Positions 13,101 through 25,700 of a stretch of 64,000 nucleotides of DNA are shown here, piece by piece; the first letter of the stretch is position 1, and every line of letters starts with the position of its first letter. A program made the position numbers and the translations under genes. Source of the DNA: Amoebophrya sp. A120 (Eukaryota; Protista; Dinoflagellata); assembly GCA_905178155.1 (NCBI GenBank), contig CAJINV010000005.1, positions 4,645,036-4,709,035 of the forward strand, given 5' to 3'. The notes beneath the pieces were generated by a model. That model was not told the origin of the DNA. It searched no databases and was given only the letters and a program-made list of their open reading frames with translations.

Positions 13101-15673
13101 GCTGCTGCCGATTGTGTATTTCCTGCGCAGCATATGAGAGTGCACAACTCCCCGTCCCCCTCATTATTTGTCATGCAAAAACGCAAATCCAGGCTGTGCT
13201 TGTTGGCACTGTTGGCATGACAAACTCCGGAAGCCCAAACAGTATTACACTCCAGTGTAAATTTGTCATGCAAAAACGGCATTCTTGCTGATGCTTGTAT
13301 TGCCGTTTATGCTATACAGTTGAGGGGGAGGGGGTGGAGTTCGAATTGTGCATTGTCATACAGCACGGATTGCCTGCGTCTCTTGGACTTGTCCCTGCAA
13401 TTTCTGGGCCTTGAGCAGCAATTGCTGTTCCTGGAGTAATATCATCTGCAAATATGTCTGGGTCTGGAAGAATGCTAGTTTGTCATGCTTGTCTGGCATG
13501 ACTCGAGAATCTGCGTTACATAGGGACGAAAAGGCCCTCTTACCACCTGTCATGCAAAACGCAGCTTGCCATGCCGAAACACATCATGGCAGCCAAAAAA
13601 TTCGTCATGCATAGCTGCGTTTTGCAGTGCGTCACGTCTATCATTCACTTTTAGCATTACAAATTTCCAGACCGCCCAGACATATTTGCAATCCATAAGT
13701 AAATGCTCTCTTCGAATCCGCTCGAGCTCCAACTGTCGGGCCAAGAAAGTGTCGTGGTGGGTCCGTCCGCCTGGACGAGCTTGGGTTTGCGAGGACCGCG
13801 GCACCGCCGCTGGATCTTCTGCTGTGCTTGCTGCAGCCCCAGCAGCTCGAAGAACTTCCGCTTGATGTCCTCGTGTACTATCGCTGTCACCTTGCGCGGC
13901 TGAAGTAACATCTGGTTCTGTAGTCGATGCACCAGCAGCTTCCGGTACAACTTCCTGTGTAGTATTGCAGTTCACGACCCCTGCTGGCCGAGATGGTGAC
14001 AACTGGGGCGCCTCCACTGGAAGATTTCCTGTGCTTGGTGCACCAGCAGCTCCCGCTTGTCGTGTACTATCACTGTCACCTTGTTTCGCCGAGGTAGTTC
14101 CACTTCCTCCGCCGTTCGTGCCGTCAACTTCTACTGCCGGTGGTGGATCATGATGTCGCAAAGTGTTTGTTTTTCTTGGACCAGCATTTTTCATCGACCC
14201 TGCACTGCCAGTGCTAGAGGTAGTTCCGGCCTCCTCGACCCACGTCACCTGCCGGACGACGGCGTGGTCTTGGTGCACTTCCATTTTTGGCCCCCGCTGG
14301 TGCTCCTGCGACGGAGCAGCAGTAGGAAGTACTAAAGCTGCGGCCACTTGATCGTGGACTTTGTCTTCACCACCATCGGCGATCATACCAAGTGTTCCTC
14401 CTGTCGCCACGAACGGCATTGGAGTGCTGGACGATGCGTTGCTTGTTCCCGGAATAACCGAGGAGCCGTAAAAATAGCAGGTCTGGAAAGCAGGCGCAGC
14501 TAGTTGCACAACTTCGACTTCCCCCGCCGCCGCGGAAGTAGCTTGGTCGTTCGTCGTGGTGGTCTCCTGCCTTGTCCTCCGATCGGTGTAGCAAGAGGAC
14601 CGTGACATCATTTGCAGAGCGCCAGCCTTTGCATCAGGTTGTTCCTCGAATAAAGTTGTAGAACTGCGGGTGCAGGGGGCTAAAGTTGTAGAAGCCTGAT
14701 CCGGCGCTCCTGATGAAGACGAGCGGTCTACGCCGGACGAGGACAGCGCTTGTAGCAATCTGTTCGTATTTTCCAACACAGCAGTAGTGTTACTAGCTAT
14801 GCCGCGCCCCAGAAGATCGTGTTCGTTGCGGATTGCCTTGCGCCACCCCGGAACCACGTTCAAGCCCCCGCCTTGTTGGTCACGAAATTGATAGAAGTGG
14901 TCCTCATATTTTTTGTCCTTTTCTCGTTGCGGCAAAGCCAAAGTTGTTGAAAATGCATGTTGCGACATTTCGATTTCCTTCCCACCTACTTCATCATGTA
15001 GTGAAAACAGCCCAGGGTTCCTCGGAGCTAGCGCTTTTTGGGCTTGCGCCTGAGGGAAAACAGACGGAGAGCATGCGGAATGATCAACAGAAGTAGACGC
15101 CCCCGCGCCGCGCAAAAGGTTTCCTGCATGATCTCCCGTAGTACTGTGAGGACCGGCTTCATTCTGCGGACCTTGGGTGTTTTGTTGCGGCACGACTGGC
15201 AGAACATCATTGAAACTTCCCGTCGGGAAGAACGGATAAGAACGAGGCATCGCATTTGCAGCTGTTCCCCCGTCTGAAGACGATGTTCCCGCCCCGGATA
15301 AAGCCACGCCAGCAGTTGCACCATCCGTCCCCGCATTTTGCGCTACAGTTCGCGGAAACACGAAGCCCCCGACACTGCGGCCCGGTGCGGTGGACGTGTT
15401 TGGAAGGGAATCCACAGTCGTCGTGATATTTTTCAACGCTGGTGCGAGAACCTGCGGCATGGGTCGTGATTTCGACGTTTTGTCGTGCGTCGGGTCGTGA
15501 AGAAAAGGCTGCGGCGGGATCAGGTGCTGGTGTCCAACTCCCGCTGGATGTCCCAGCTCCAGTGTTGCGAAAGTCGAGCCTGCAGTTGTTGTCGTGCCAC
15601 CTCCTGTATTTATTAGTGTGTTCGGAGAAGAAGCGGCGAATGGAGACGGACTGTAGCTGTACATTGGCACCAT
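7191..15673 (-). CDS. Large low-complexity (Ser/Thr/Gln/Ala-rich) protein, about 2049 aa, interrupted by 9 introners
   Basis: The ORF pieces join in frame after removing each element plus 5 nt (8483-2333 = 6150 nt). May extend upstream into 15712-17239. Confidence 0.8.
8065..8338. mobile_element. Introner, family A (TIR TATCAAATGCAAAA..GTCTGGGTCTGG)
   Basis: TSD tattg; restores VNI-MGER. Confidence 0.9.
8983..9250. mobile_element. Introner, family A
   Basis: TSD cttcc; frame restored; same subfamily as 40711 and 63255. Confidence 0.92.
9307..9458. mobile_element. Introner, family C (TIR TAT..TGCAAAAGTATCG.ACT)
   Basis: TSD aggtg/aggcg; frame restored. Confidence 0.85.
9988..10356. mobile_element. 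Introner, family A, with nested 101-bp insert
   Basis: TSD ggggc. Nested insert at 10105-10205 is flanked by attacgta. Confidence 0.9.
11540..11755. mobile_element. Introner, family G (TIR TATC.CA.GAAAAAA..TG)
   Basis: TSD tggag; restores KTP-LPGT. Confidence 0.85.
11864..12128. mobile_element. Introner, family B (TIR TATCCTG.GTAAAAACGT.CCCA)
   Basis: TSD tggga. Element plus TSD is 270 nt with no stop, so the ORF track reads through it. Confidence 0.88.
12781..13038. mobile_element. Introner, family A
   Basis: TSD tccct; frame restored. Confidence 0.9.
13133..13360. mobile_element. Introner, family D (TIR TATGA.AGTGCACAACTCCCC)
   Basis: TSD cagca; frame restored. Confidence 0.9.
13440..13697. 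mobile_element. Introner, family A
   Basis: TSD agtaa; same subfamily as 55198 and 9988. Confidence 0.9.
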
Positions 15674-15711
15674 ACTGGAATAAGCCGCCGACGTCGACCC
15701 ACCAATTTTAT

Positions 15712-17239
15712 CTATGCAGAAATTTGAATCAAGGTGAACAAATACCTAATAGCTGGAGCCCGTGCATGGCTCTTGGTGTTGTACGATATTTTCACGCATG
15801 ACAGAAGATCATCTTCGCTCACTTCTCTTGATTCATCAAAAGCATCTACTTCTAGTTTTCCCCTTCGATAGAAAACTACTCCGTAGTCCTGACTATATTC
15901 AATCGCGGGCGCCAGACGAGCGAGGTGATGAAGCGAAGGCGCGGGGGCAGCTCCAGAAGGTGTTCGTTGTTCTACAGTCTCCTGCTGCGGAGTTGCGTTT
16001 TGATTTTGAACATACGCAACTGCAGCTTCATAAGTCCTTGCATTTACCTCCGCCGGCAAGGGTGGTGGCGGGGGCGGCCGACCAGTAAATAAAGCAACGG
16101 GCGTAGTGCCACGTTGTGCATGGTTTTGATTTAGTTGTTCCACGCCGCCACCGCGCGACGGTAGCTGTTGGGCTCCGGTTGAAAATCCTCGTGTAGTTTG
16201 ATACAACTCCGACGTCGTGCCGGTCATCAGTCCGGAGGCACCAGTTGGGGCTGCACCAGGGACGACTTGCTGAAAAGGTTGATGACGACCCCCCGCTGCT
16301 TGTCCTCCAGAATGAAGACCAGTCGTGTGTTGCAGCATTAAAGCAACGGGCGTGGCACCGCGTTGTGAATAATTTTGATGTAGTTGCTCCAGGCTGCCGC
16401 CATGCGCCGGCAGCTGTTGGGCTCCAGTTGTAGTTCCTCGTGTAGTTTGATAGTCCGACGTCGTGCCGGTCATCATTCCGGAGTGTGGCGTTCTCAAACG
16501 TTACATTCTCAGCTGTTACATAAATTTGTCATGCAAAAGCACCTTGAGCCGGCAGATGATCGAGCTGCTTCGCATGACAAATTTCGGAAGGGCTAGACAG
16601 CATGTAAATCTGCGCCAAACTCGTAATGCAAAAGGCGCAACCTTCCTCCTTTCACTTTTGCCAGTCTTGTATTGCAAATTTATGTAACAGTTGAGAATGT
16701 GACATTTGAGAACTCCATACGGAGGCAGTTGGGGCTGCACCAGGGACGACTTGCCCAGCTTGCTGAAAAGGTTGATGACGAGGACCCCCCGCTGCTTGTC
16801 CTCCAGAATGAAGACCAGTCGTGTGTTGCAGCACTGACGGCGACGCCATCTGCTGCTGCTGGTGCTGCTGTTGCCAAGCGGCCTGTTGTTGCCCTTGCCC
16901 CACGGAAGACTGATCATGCTCTACTTGTTGCCAGGCCACTTGCGGAAGATGTTGCCACGATGCTGGTCCTGCTTCTGTCGTGCCCAAATTCCGGAGATTC
17001 TGGGGCTGAGAGCCGCGTGGCAGCTGTGCCGCGAAGACTACTACACCTGTCCCCGCATGAAAATGAAGAAATACGTAGTCGGGATATTGAAATAAAGATA
17101 GAAAGAGTACAAGTAGAATCATGGTAGGAGACAGCGATGAAATTCTTTGAACTACGTGCTCGATCGGCATAGAAAAACAACAGGTGGAGTTCGCCATGAT
17201 CGACGTCGCAGGTAGTGTCTTTCTTTTTACGGGCGACAT
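15712..17239 (-). CDS. Gln/Gly-rich repeat protein with hydrophobic leader; probable 5' part of the 7191-15673 gene
   Basis: ORFs 16652-17239 and 15712-16497 join across the element at 16484-16719 (GAAPTAS|GMMTGTTS). An internal repeat copy, GAAPTGASGLMTGTTS, shows the empty site. The link to 15673 is unresolved (possible short GC-AG intron). Confidence 0.65.
16484..16719. mobile_element. Introner, family E (TIR TATGGCGTTCTCAA; left end here TGT)
   Basis: TSD cggag; empty site shown by an internal coding repeat. Confidence 0.9.
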
Positions 17240-18789
17240 TTTTTTGTCTGCTTCGCTGTTATAGTTATTCTTATTTCTGAAAACGCATGAAGAAATAGAT
17301 TACAATAATAGGTTTTTTTACGATGAGCCAACATAGAGCACGAACAGGCCCTTGCGTGTGTGCTCTCTAGTGGGCTAAGCGTGGTCGTACTTCAACAGCA
17401 GCGATGTGCAGTGCTGATGTGGTCTGAAATTCTAGCAATAAATATTCGAATAGAAAGGAATCTCGCTAGTACGAGTAGATGACTATAGGGTAAAAAGGTT
17501 TCTAGACGATGGCATTAGGCCATAAGTGCCAATTTCGCTTTTTGTCAATCGACCTGCAACAGATGAAAATTCAAACGTGCAACAACAGTTCTAAAGCGGA
17601 CACATCTCCGAACGGCGTGTAATTGTGAATACATTGCCAATACTGCAGCTCTGCGAGGGTATTACTTCTGCTGCCGCCTTTTTTCCAAGAAAAACTACGA
17701 GACCACAAAAGGAACGTCTCACAAAGTCACCGCGCAATGCCCTCTTACACCACATCTATCTAAATCCAATACGCTAGATCAGTTGTCTTCATTGTTCCTC
17801 AGTGATGAAATCCGGTTTTTTAATGCGACGTCTTGGTTTTGCTGATGGAAGCATGTGCTGCTTCATCAACATCATGTTTGATTGTAGCAGTAAATAATTA
17901 GATCTCGTCGTGATGTGGTCGGAGGACGACCTCTTTCGGGCTACTAGCAAGAAGTGGTCTTCATTGGGAGTAGTAGATCTCTTTCGACGTTCTTGAACAG
18001 GTAAACGAGTACAGAAACAACAGCTATCCTGGTCCTCCTCCTCCTGGTGTGCTCATTCCTCAGATCCCTAAGAATTTTGAAACCACCACGTTTAGTCAAG
18101 ATCCCGCGGCTCATCGATGTCAATATCCTATGTGTACTTCTATCAAGAAGAGCTGCTTGAGGAGCAGCAAGAACCATTTAAGAGTAGATCTGCGACTAAC
18201 AACTGGATGATCCGCACGTGAATAAACTAACATAAAGGAGGGCGTCAAAAAAACTTTCGAAATCTACCAGACTTCTGGTAAAGCGGGACCTCTAGTCACT
18301 TCCTCGTTCCTCGAAATCAAATACAATTACGAACACCAAGTCTACTTACTTTCGAAACGACGGCAATACACCGTTGATAACCAGGCTCAGTTTCGAAAGC
18401 CAGAGGATTTGTTCCTGCTCGTCCTACCTGAGTTAGCAGGATTTACATATTTCTCTTGTAGCGTTTGCGTTTCCACCAGTGCTTCACCAGAAGAGTGGTA
18501 CATGAGAACGCGTTTTCCTCAGTGCTTCAAAAGTCTACTTCGGCTGAACTTCTTTCCTCCTGCATTTAGGTGCCCAGATTTTTACTTATCGCGCATGTGC
18601 CAGGCTTCTTCGTTTTCCGCGTCGCGATTTTATTCGCGTGCGGATTCCGTTTCGTGCAAATATTCAAACGCGTGGCGGGCCTTCATCATATGGCTCGCGC
18701 CCGCTCGTGCTTTGCATTGAGTTCTAGAACTCTCCAAAATGCCTGCCAGCCTCTTGCTGGGCCCTCTATATGAGTAGCGCTGTAGCGCT

Positions 18790-19375
18790 ACAAGTAAAAA
18801 CTATACGCATTTTTTTCATTTACTTACAATTGCATGTCGCAAGTAAAAATTATACATGTCGCGTTATTGTGTTAAGGTCGCTTTATTGTGTTTAGTCCTT
18901 TTCTGAAGTAGCGCAAACAGCGCGAGAAGAAAACACAGCTCTCAACCGGAACTTCCCGGCGCCAATTAACATCCTGATGAATCGTACAAGGATACTACTA
19001 CTTCCAAGCCCCAAAATTTCACATTTAAAAAATATGTTTGTTGACCAAAACAAGAAGCATAAAATCTTTTCTGATTTTGCATGCAAAGGAATTTTTGCAT
19101 GAACAAAACAGAAACCTTTTAGACTTTGAGATGGGCCTAAAAGGAGGCCTCGCTCAGCATGAAATCTAACAAGCAAAAATTATACACATTTCTTTCTTAT
19201 GTCGTGTTATTGTCTTTCGCCACAATGTACTCTTCTGAAGTAGCGCAAACATCGCGAGAAGGAAACACAGCTTTCAACCCCGACGCCCATTAACAAAAAA
19301 AAGAACAAATCGGGATCGTAATAGGATACTGCTACTTTCATCCAAGCACCAAATAAATGTCGCATTTTTAAAAAT
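18790..19375. repeat. Diverged local duplication, two copies
   Basis: ttctgaagtagcgcaaaca.cgcgagaag.aaacacagct.tcaacc near 18901 and 19233, plus flanking similarity. Confidence 0.6.
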
Positions 19376-19515
19376 AATAAATGAGAATCGTCGACCACGG
19401 TCATGATCTTCTTGTGTATCTATAGTATTGGAAATTCCAATTAGACTTTGAATAATAGACGAACACAGCTTTGTTCGTCTCCGCATTCTTTCACACAATG
19501 GGCCACATTCGCTAC

Positions 19516-22494
19516 TTACTGCGTGCGCTCCCTCAGGCAGCTATTCCGCTCTCGTATGCGGTTCCGGTCCATCTCCTCCCTAGGCTGTGGTCCTCCCGCC
19601 GGCGCCGCGTAACACGCGTCAGCTGGGATGTGCTGGTAGACGCCGGCGGCAATGTCTTCCTCTAGCACGGCTATCTCGATCTCTTCTTTCTGTCCAGAGG
19701 AGAGGAGGTCTGTGAATGATTGGCCCATCATCGAGGCTGTGAAAGCTATGTCCTCCATGATGCCACTAATCAGGTCGTACGCAACCGGCTCATCCGCCAT
19801 CGGGCCCGTTGGGACCGCGTCCGGAGCCCATTGGTCCCAGGGATAGAGCTCGTCACCATAGGCTGTACAGGATCGGCCCGCATTATTCGGATCGCGGCGA
19901 CTGTGGCGCAGGTGATAAAACAAATTCTTGATGTGGGCGCCCGTGCCACCCCATTGGTTTGGTAAATTCCTCACAGCGTAAAGGCTTCGTACGGTCTGTG
20001 GTCGCGGCTGCAAAGCAGGTGCAGCCGGGAGGTGTGTTGGCGCTGTTCTTGTCACCTCGAACTGAAGTTCTTCGTGCAGAAGCCTGCTGTCTCGTCGTCC
20101 TCCGCTCGTGTGGTCATTGAGGGCCGCCAAGGAGCTGTCATCCCGCCCGCCAAAGTTTTTCTGCGCAGACCGCATGTACAACAGGGTTTTGTAATCTACC
20201 AGGGACACTTCATACCGCACTTGTTGTACAAGGGGAGCCGCGGCAGGTGGAGCAGCCGGGGGCTGCGACGGGTCTTCTACTTCCAGAAGCTCAAAGTGCA
20301 CCAACATGTTCAAGCCGTGCAGGTCGAGGTATAAAAAACCCGACCGGTCCAGTGTCCGCAAGTTTCGCACCAGCTCCGCGTACAGCCCCTGCACAAAGTC
20401 GGTAGAAGTCGACGTACTATCCGTATAGAGGGCCTGCAGGGCGTCGTCAAAATCTGCGGCAATAGAGGCTGGTGTCCTAGTTGTAGTTGTGTTCGCTGGT
20501 CGTCGTATCCTGAGTAAAAACGTACCCACACCAGAGTTCAGTTGTAATGCAGATTTGCAAAGACAGGAAGACTTGTAATGCACATCCGCATGAGAGCCAT
20601 TTCCAGTCAGATGAATTTGTGATGCGGCTGCACTTGCTAACCTGCACTACACTGCAGAGTGCCACTTTTCATGCGTGACTCACAAAACTCCTAGGTTTGT
20701 GTTGCAAAATCCCCATCCTGACTCTGGTGTGGGTACGTTTTTACTCAGGATACGTCGTGGTCGGCCAGCTGCTCCTGGCGCTCCTGCCCCCCGCCGCTGC
20801 AGAAATGTAGTTGTGGTGTGGCCTGCTTCTTGTCGGGCACTCTTGACGGCCCGCAACACGTCGCTCAAGGGCATCGACCGCCGAGCCAGAACGGAGCTTG
20901 TTCGTGGTCCAGGTGCGGTCGGCGGCTTCGGGGTGGACAACTCGTCGTCATCAGCCTTTGCCATTATCGTCAAAAAGCCACAGCCGGTCTCTTTGCCGGG
21001 CTCACCGATTACGGAGAGGATGGTCGGAGCGGGAACGGGTCGCATCCTAAGAAATCGTCTCATGCGCTCGCCTTCAACTACACCTCCCTGCACGCCACCA
21101 GCCTCCTTTTCTAGGCTTGGGAATGCGGGGAGCGAGGTCATACCCAGCGCAACCCTGTGGCACACATCTGAAATTTTTTCAGCGTTGTGCAGAAAACCCT
21201 TGGCGAGGTCGACGTTGCGAAAGTCGAGCTCGTCAAATTTCAGGAAAATTGGGACCGTACTCGCACTAGTCCTCGCGCCGGGGAGCGTGAGCTCTGCGTC
21301 CGCCCAGCCCACGCGCTGGGAACGAATGGGAGAGAACTGATCCAGATTCAGGCGCCGGACATAGGAGGGCCGCAGTCTTCGGCTTTTCACGATGTACTTG
21401 CCCGACCGGTACGCGGGTACACCCGGATAGCGTCCATCGTAAAACGCGCCTGCAGGAAGGTCGAGCTCAATGGTGAAGCCATCGACGTCTCCTGCGCCGT
21501 TATTATTTCCAGGAGCGCCAGCATTCTTCTTCATGTCGACGGACACATAGGTGGAAGTCGAGTTGGAGGAATTTGGGGCGTTCGTGGTCGTAGCAGTTGC
21601 TCGTCCGCCTCGTTGCGTCCTCGTCCACTGCCTGCACTCCACCACGTCCGGCGACTGGCACAGCGCGTTCAGCCCCGCATGCTGGATCACGAGCTGTGAC
21701 TCTGCAAATAACGGGGGTACTGGCCGCGGCGGTGGTGCAGGTTGGGGGCCGGGTGTTGGCTGCGGCGGTGGAGGTGGTGCAGCTTGGGCCTGGCCACTAC
21801 GAACAACACAGCCCTCGGCCCGCTCGTCATTGGTGCGGTTTTTGCCGCCACTGTTGACGTACGAAACCCAATCCTGGCGGCTGCGCGGGATCTGGGCGAA
21901 CCGCGAAAACTGGTCTTCCAGTTTGCGCCCAAACAAAGCCAGTCGCGCATCGGAATTGTAGGTGGCGAAAGAAGCGAAAACTTTCGCAAGGTCCTCAACG
22001 TCCCAGAAGGTGTCCGGCTTCACCTCGGTGCGTAGTTTCACCAGATTCGCCTCGTACAAGGGGTAATTCGAAAGCAAGTGCTGGACTGCAGTGGCAATGG
22101 TTCGGCTTTCTTTTGGTCGCCGGAAAAAAGTGGGGTCTCATCCTGAGTAAAAACGTACCCACACCAGAGTCAGGATGGGGATTTTGCAACACAAACTTAG
22201 GAGTTTTGTGAGTCACGCATGACAAGTTGCACACTGCAGTGTAGTGCAGGTTAGCAACTGCAGCCGCGTCACAGATTCATCTGCTCATCCTGTTCACAGC
22301 ATCACAAATTCCAAAACACGATTGGAAATGGCTCTCATGGGGATGCGCATTACAAGTCTTCCTGTCTTTGCAAATCTGCATTACAACTCTGGTGTGGGGA
22401 CGTTTTTACTCAGGATAGGTCTGTGAATCGGTTCAGCACGTCCGAGGAAGGGTCGTAGTTGGCTGTTCCATTATACGACCTTGGGTTAGTATCG
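19516..22494 (-). CDS. Divergent protein-kinase-like protein, 5' end lost in the gap, 2 introners
   Basis: In-frame joins at both B elements. C-lobe-like motifs LRTLDRSGFLYLDLHGLNMLV (catalytic-loop-like DxxxxN) and VSLVDYK (DFG position). Confidence 0.65.
20506..20752. mobile_element. Introner, family B
   Basis: TSD cgtcg; perfect TIR of about 31 bp. Confidence 0.93.
22139..22417. mobile_element. Introner, family B (opposite orientation to 20506)
   Basis: TSD ggtct; left end CAT; frame restored. Confidence 0.92.
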
Positions 22495-22594
22495 NNNNNN
22501 NNNNNNNNNNNNNNNNNNNNNNNNNNNNNNNNNNNNNNNNNNNNNNNNNNNNNNNNNNNNNNNNNNNNNNNNNNNNNNNNNNNNNNNNNNNNNN
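22495..22594. other. Assembly gap (100 N)
   Basis: Run of n. Confidence 0.99.
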
Positions 22595-22776
22595 AAATCA
22601 CCCCTGACAGGTTGCGACTAGTACCCATACTAGTGCGTCGATATCAGATCGCAAACACATAGTGACACGTAGTCACTTAGTACTGCTAGTACTTGTTCCC
22701 ATCGCGTTTACGTCTGTAGTTCTATCGTGCGTCTAGGTTTCTAACAATCACAGTGAAACACTTTTTTTGTGGGATA
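22595..22776. mobile_element. Family G element, right end only (truncated by the gap)
   Basis: cacagtgaaacactttttttgtgggata matches family G right ends. Confidence 0.6.
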
Positions 22777-25700
22777 GTTAGTCACGGCACCGCGCCAAAC
22801 GGCCAACGGCGTGCCGTGCCCCGGGGTGCCCACCCATTTTGCTGGCTGCTTCGAAAGCCACTTCTTGGTTACCTTTATTCAAAGGAAAAATGATTTAACA
22901 TTTTCAGAAGTAAAAATCCCATCAATGCGTTTTTTGACAAAAAAATTTTGCATTCGAGGAATTGTAAGTGAATTTTCGATACTATGCTTTTTCCTTACGA
23001 TAAAAGCCAGTTCTAGTACTTGGTTAATACCTCAGATATATCAAATGTAAAAATGTCTGGGTCCGGAAGAATGCAAGATTTGTCATGCATATTTCTCATG
23101 ACCCATGATGCCTGTAATGCTTGAACTAGCATCGCAGACTTTTAGAGGGCTTCCTGATGCACCTTCCGCATGAGAAATGGCCTGTCTATGTAGCAAAAAA
23201 TGTAACCATTTTGCTGGTCATGCAATACAATTTTTTTTAGAGTCCAAAAACAGCATGACAAGTTCCAATCTTCCAGACCCAGACATTTTTGCATTTGATA
23301 AGATAAATTCACTCCGAGCTCCACCCGCTCCGCGTGCCAGCAATTGTCCCGCTGGTCATGACCCAGCATAGGCACGCACAGCACCGGCACTGCGTACCCA
23401 ATGGCTTCGGACAAGCTCGCGCCGCCGCCATGGCAGGCGTAGAAGGTCTTGTATTCGTTTTCCCGCAACATTTGGAAGAGTTCCTTTTGCGGGGACCGGC
23501 TCACGAAGAAAAACAGGTTTTCGTTGCTTTCTTCCTGCTGCAACCGGTTCAGTTCCCGGGAAATCAGCTTGTCGCTGCTACCCTCGTCTTCCGGGAGAAA
23601 GTGCACACTGCTGGAATCCGCGACAAATGTCGGCGGCACGACCATGTAGAGGGCGACCCCTCGCGGCTTCAGATGCGTTTTCCACTCCTGGAGCAGTTCC
23701 CGGACTGCCTCCACCGCGAATTGATAGCCTTGCGAACCCATCGCGAAATAGAGAACTCCGCCCACAGGATTTTCGTTTCTTTTCAATTTCTCCAGCACGA
23801 CTTGAACCTCCGGAGACCAGGTCGTTTGTGAAGATGTAGTTGAGTTGATCGTCGGCAGTTCGGTCACCAATGCGACGCGCACCTCTCCCCTCACATCCGC
23901 CTTGACCATGGGAAAGCTTTGTATTTTCTGGGTCATCAAGTTCGCGAGGAGCTTTTCGGAGTCTACATCTGGGGTGCTATATTTTTGGGCATCCAAATAA
24001 TCTGGGTGCAGTGCGAGGTTGGTTCTTCCCTCGGCGTTCCAGGAGTGCTCCCAGTTTAAAAAGTGGACGCCAAATATCGTACGAAAAAAGCGAGTTTCAC
24101 TGTAAGAATTTTGTTTTTGCAAGTTTTGCATAATACAGGTTCGTGGCTCCTACACATGACCAAGAAATAAACTTGCCATGCGTGCTTCCTAAGGCAAAAC
24201 ACGTTGAAAATCCCAAGAATGTCTTGCATGTGTAGCAAGACAAATTAAGTTGTGTGCTCAGTTCTATGCATCACAAGTTCACAGTGAAGCAGTTTTTTCG
24301 TGCGATACCAAAAGACGGGAACACGACACTCGTCTCGCGACTTCTCATCCATGTTTTGTGCCGGGAGCACGAGAAGTAGGATCCGAACCAAACCAACCCC
24401 GGAACCTTGAAGTTCCAAATCAGCTTGGCCACCACCGTCGCCAGGTTGTCGCCGGGCCACACATTGGTGTCGGTCACCGCAAAATCCACGGGGCCCAGGC
24501 TGTCCGCCCCGAAAATGTGTTTTGTCAAAAACTGGCGCGGCCAGTCTCGGTTGTCTTGTTCGCGGAAAACCCAAGTAGAGCCCTCCGGATTTTCACCCGC
24601 GTCCGTCAAAAACAAACGCGGCAACATCTGTCGCACCGCGGTGTTGCTTTTCACACTCCAAAAGTATCTTCGGGGGCGGCAGGGCACGAACTCCACTCCG
24701 GCGGCGCCGAGGCTCTTCATCTCGCTTTCGGACACAGCAAAGTCCCAAATAACACTAACATTCTCCGACTTCCTCTCCGTCCAGACCTTCCCGTTGTGCT
24801 GCAGCCGATCGTACTTTCTCAGTTGTTTCGCAAGATAGGTCTTGTCTCCCTCGAGGGCAGGATCTGGAAGATCTCCTTCCACATCGCTGCTCGCCGCTGC
24901 CGCTGGTGGTAGCAGCTGATCCGCATACACAATCACCCGCTCGCCGGTCGCCGGATCCTTTTTCTGTATCAACTTTCCCACCGGGCCAACAAAGGTGACT
25001 TTAACGTGCGCCGTTTTTGCCAGCTGCTTCATCAAGTTATACGCGCCTGTCAGGGTGGTTTTTCCGAACGTTTCGAAGAAAATGTGCACCGGACGCACCG
25101 CTCTAGTACTATAATTCGCTCTTGTTGTTGTTTTTCCACCCGGAACCACGGAAGTAGACAACAGGCCTCCAACTGTTCTTGAGCCAGCAGGTTCTGCCTG
25201 GAGGCCTGGAACCCACGATTGCGCCATCGCTTCGTAGTCCTGCGTATCAACTGCAAATATATCTGGGTCTGGGAGAGTGGGAATGCAACTTGTGATGCTG
25301 CATTTGGATTCCAACAAAATCTGTATTGCATGGGCAGCAAAGGGAGTGTGATTTTTGCTACGCGGAGAGTGCAAGCATGTGTCATGCGGAATACGCTGCA
25401 TCAAGATCATGCTCTCAAAAAATCTAATCTGTGATGCTAGGGCATGCATCACGGACATCATGGCTCATGCAGAACGTGCATCACAAGCCTGGCAATCTTC
25501 CAGACCCAGACCCTTTTGCATTTGATACTCCGCACTGCAGCGGAAGACGTCGCCGACATCGGTCCATCCCCCCTGTGGACGCAGTTCCTCCTATCCTGAG
25601 TAAAAACGTACCCACGCCAGAGTTGTAATGCAGATTTGCAAAGACAGGAAGGCTTGTAATGTGCATCCCCATGAGAGCCATTTCCAATCGTGTTTTGGAA

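Noticed and set aside
15709-15805. Degenerate introner joining the two halves of the large gene
   Set aside because: Weak inverted repeat, no TSD, and removing +5 nt did not restore the frame; left unresolved.
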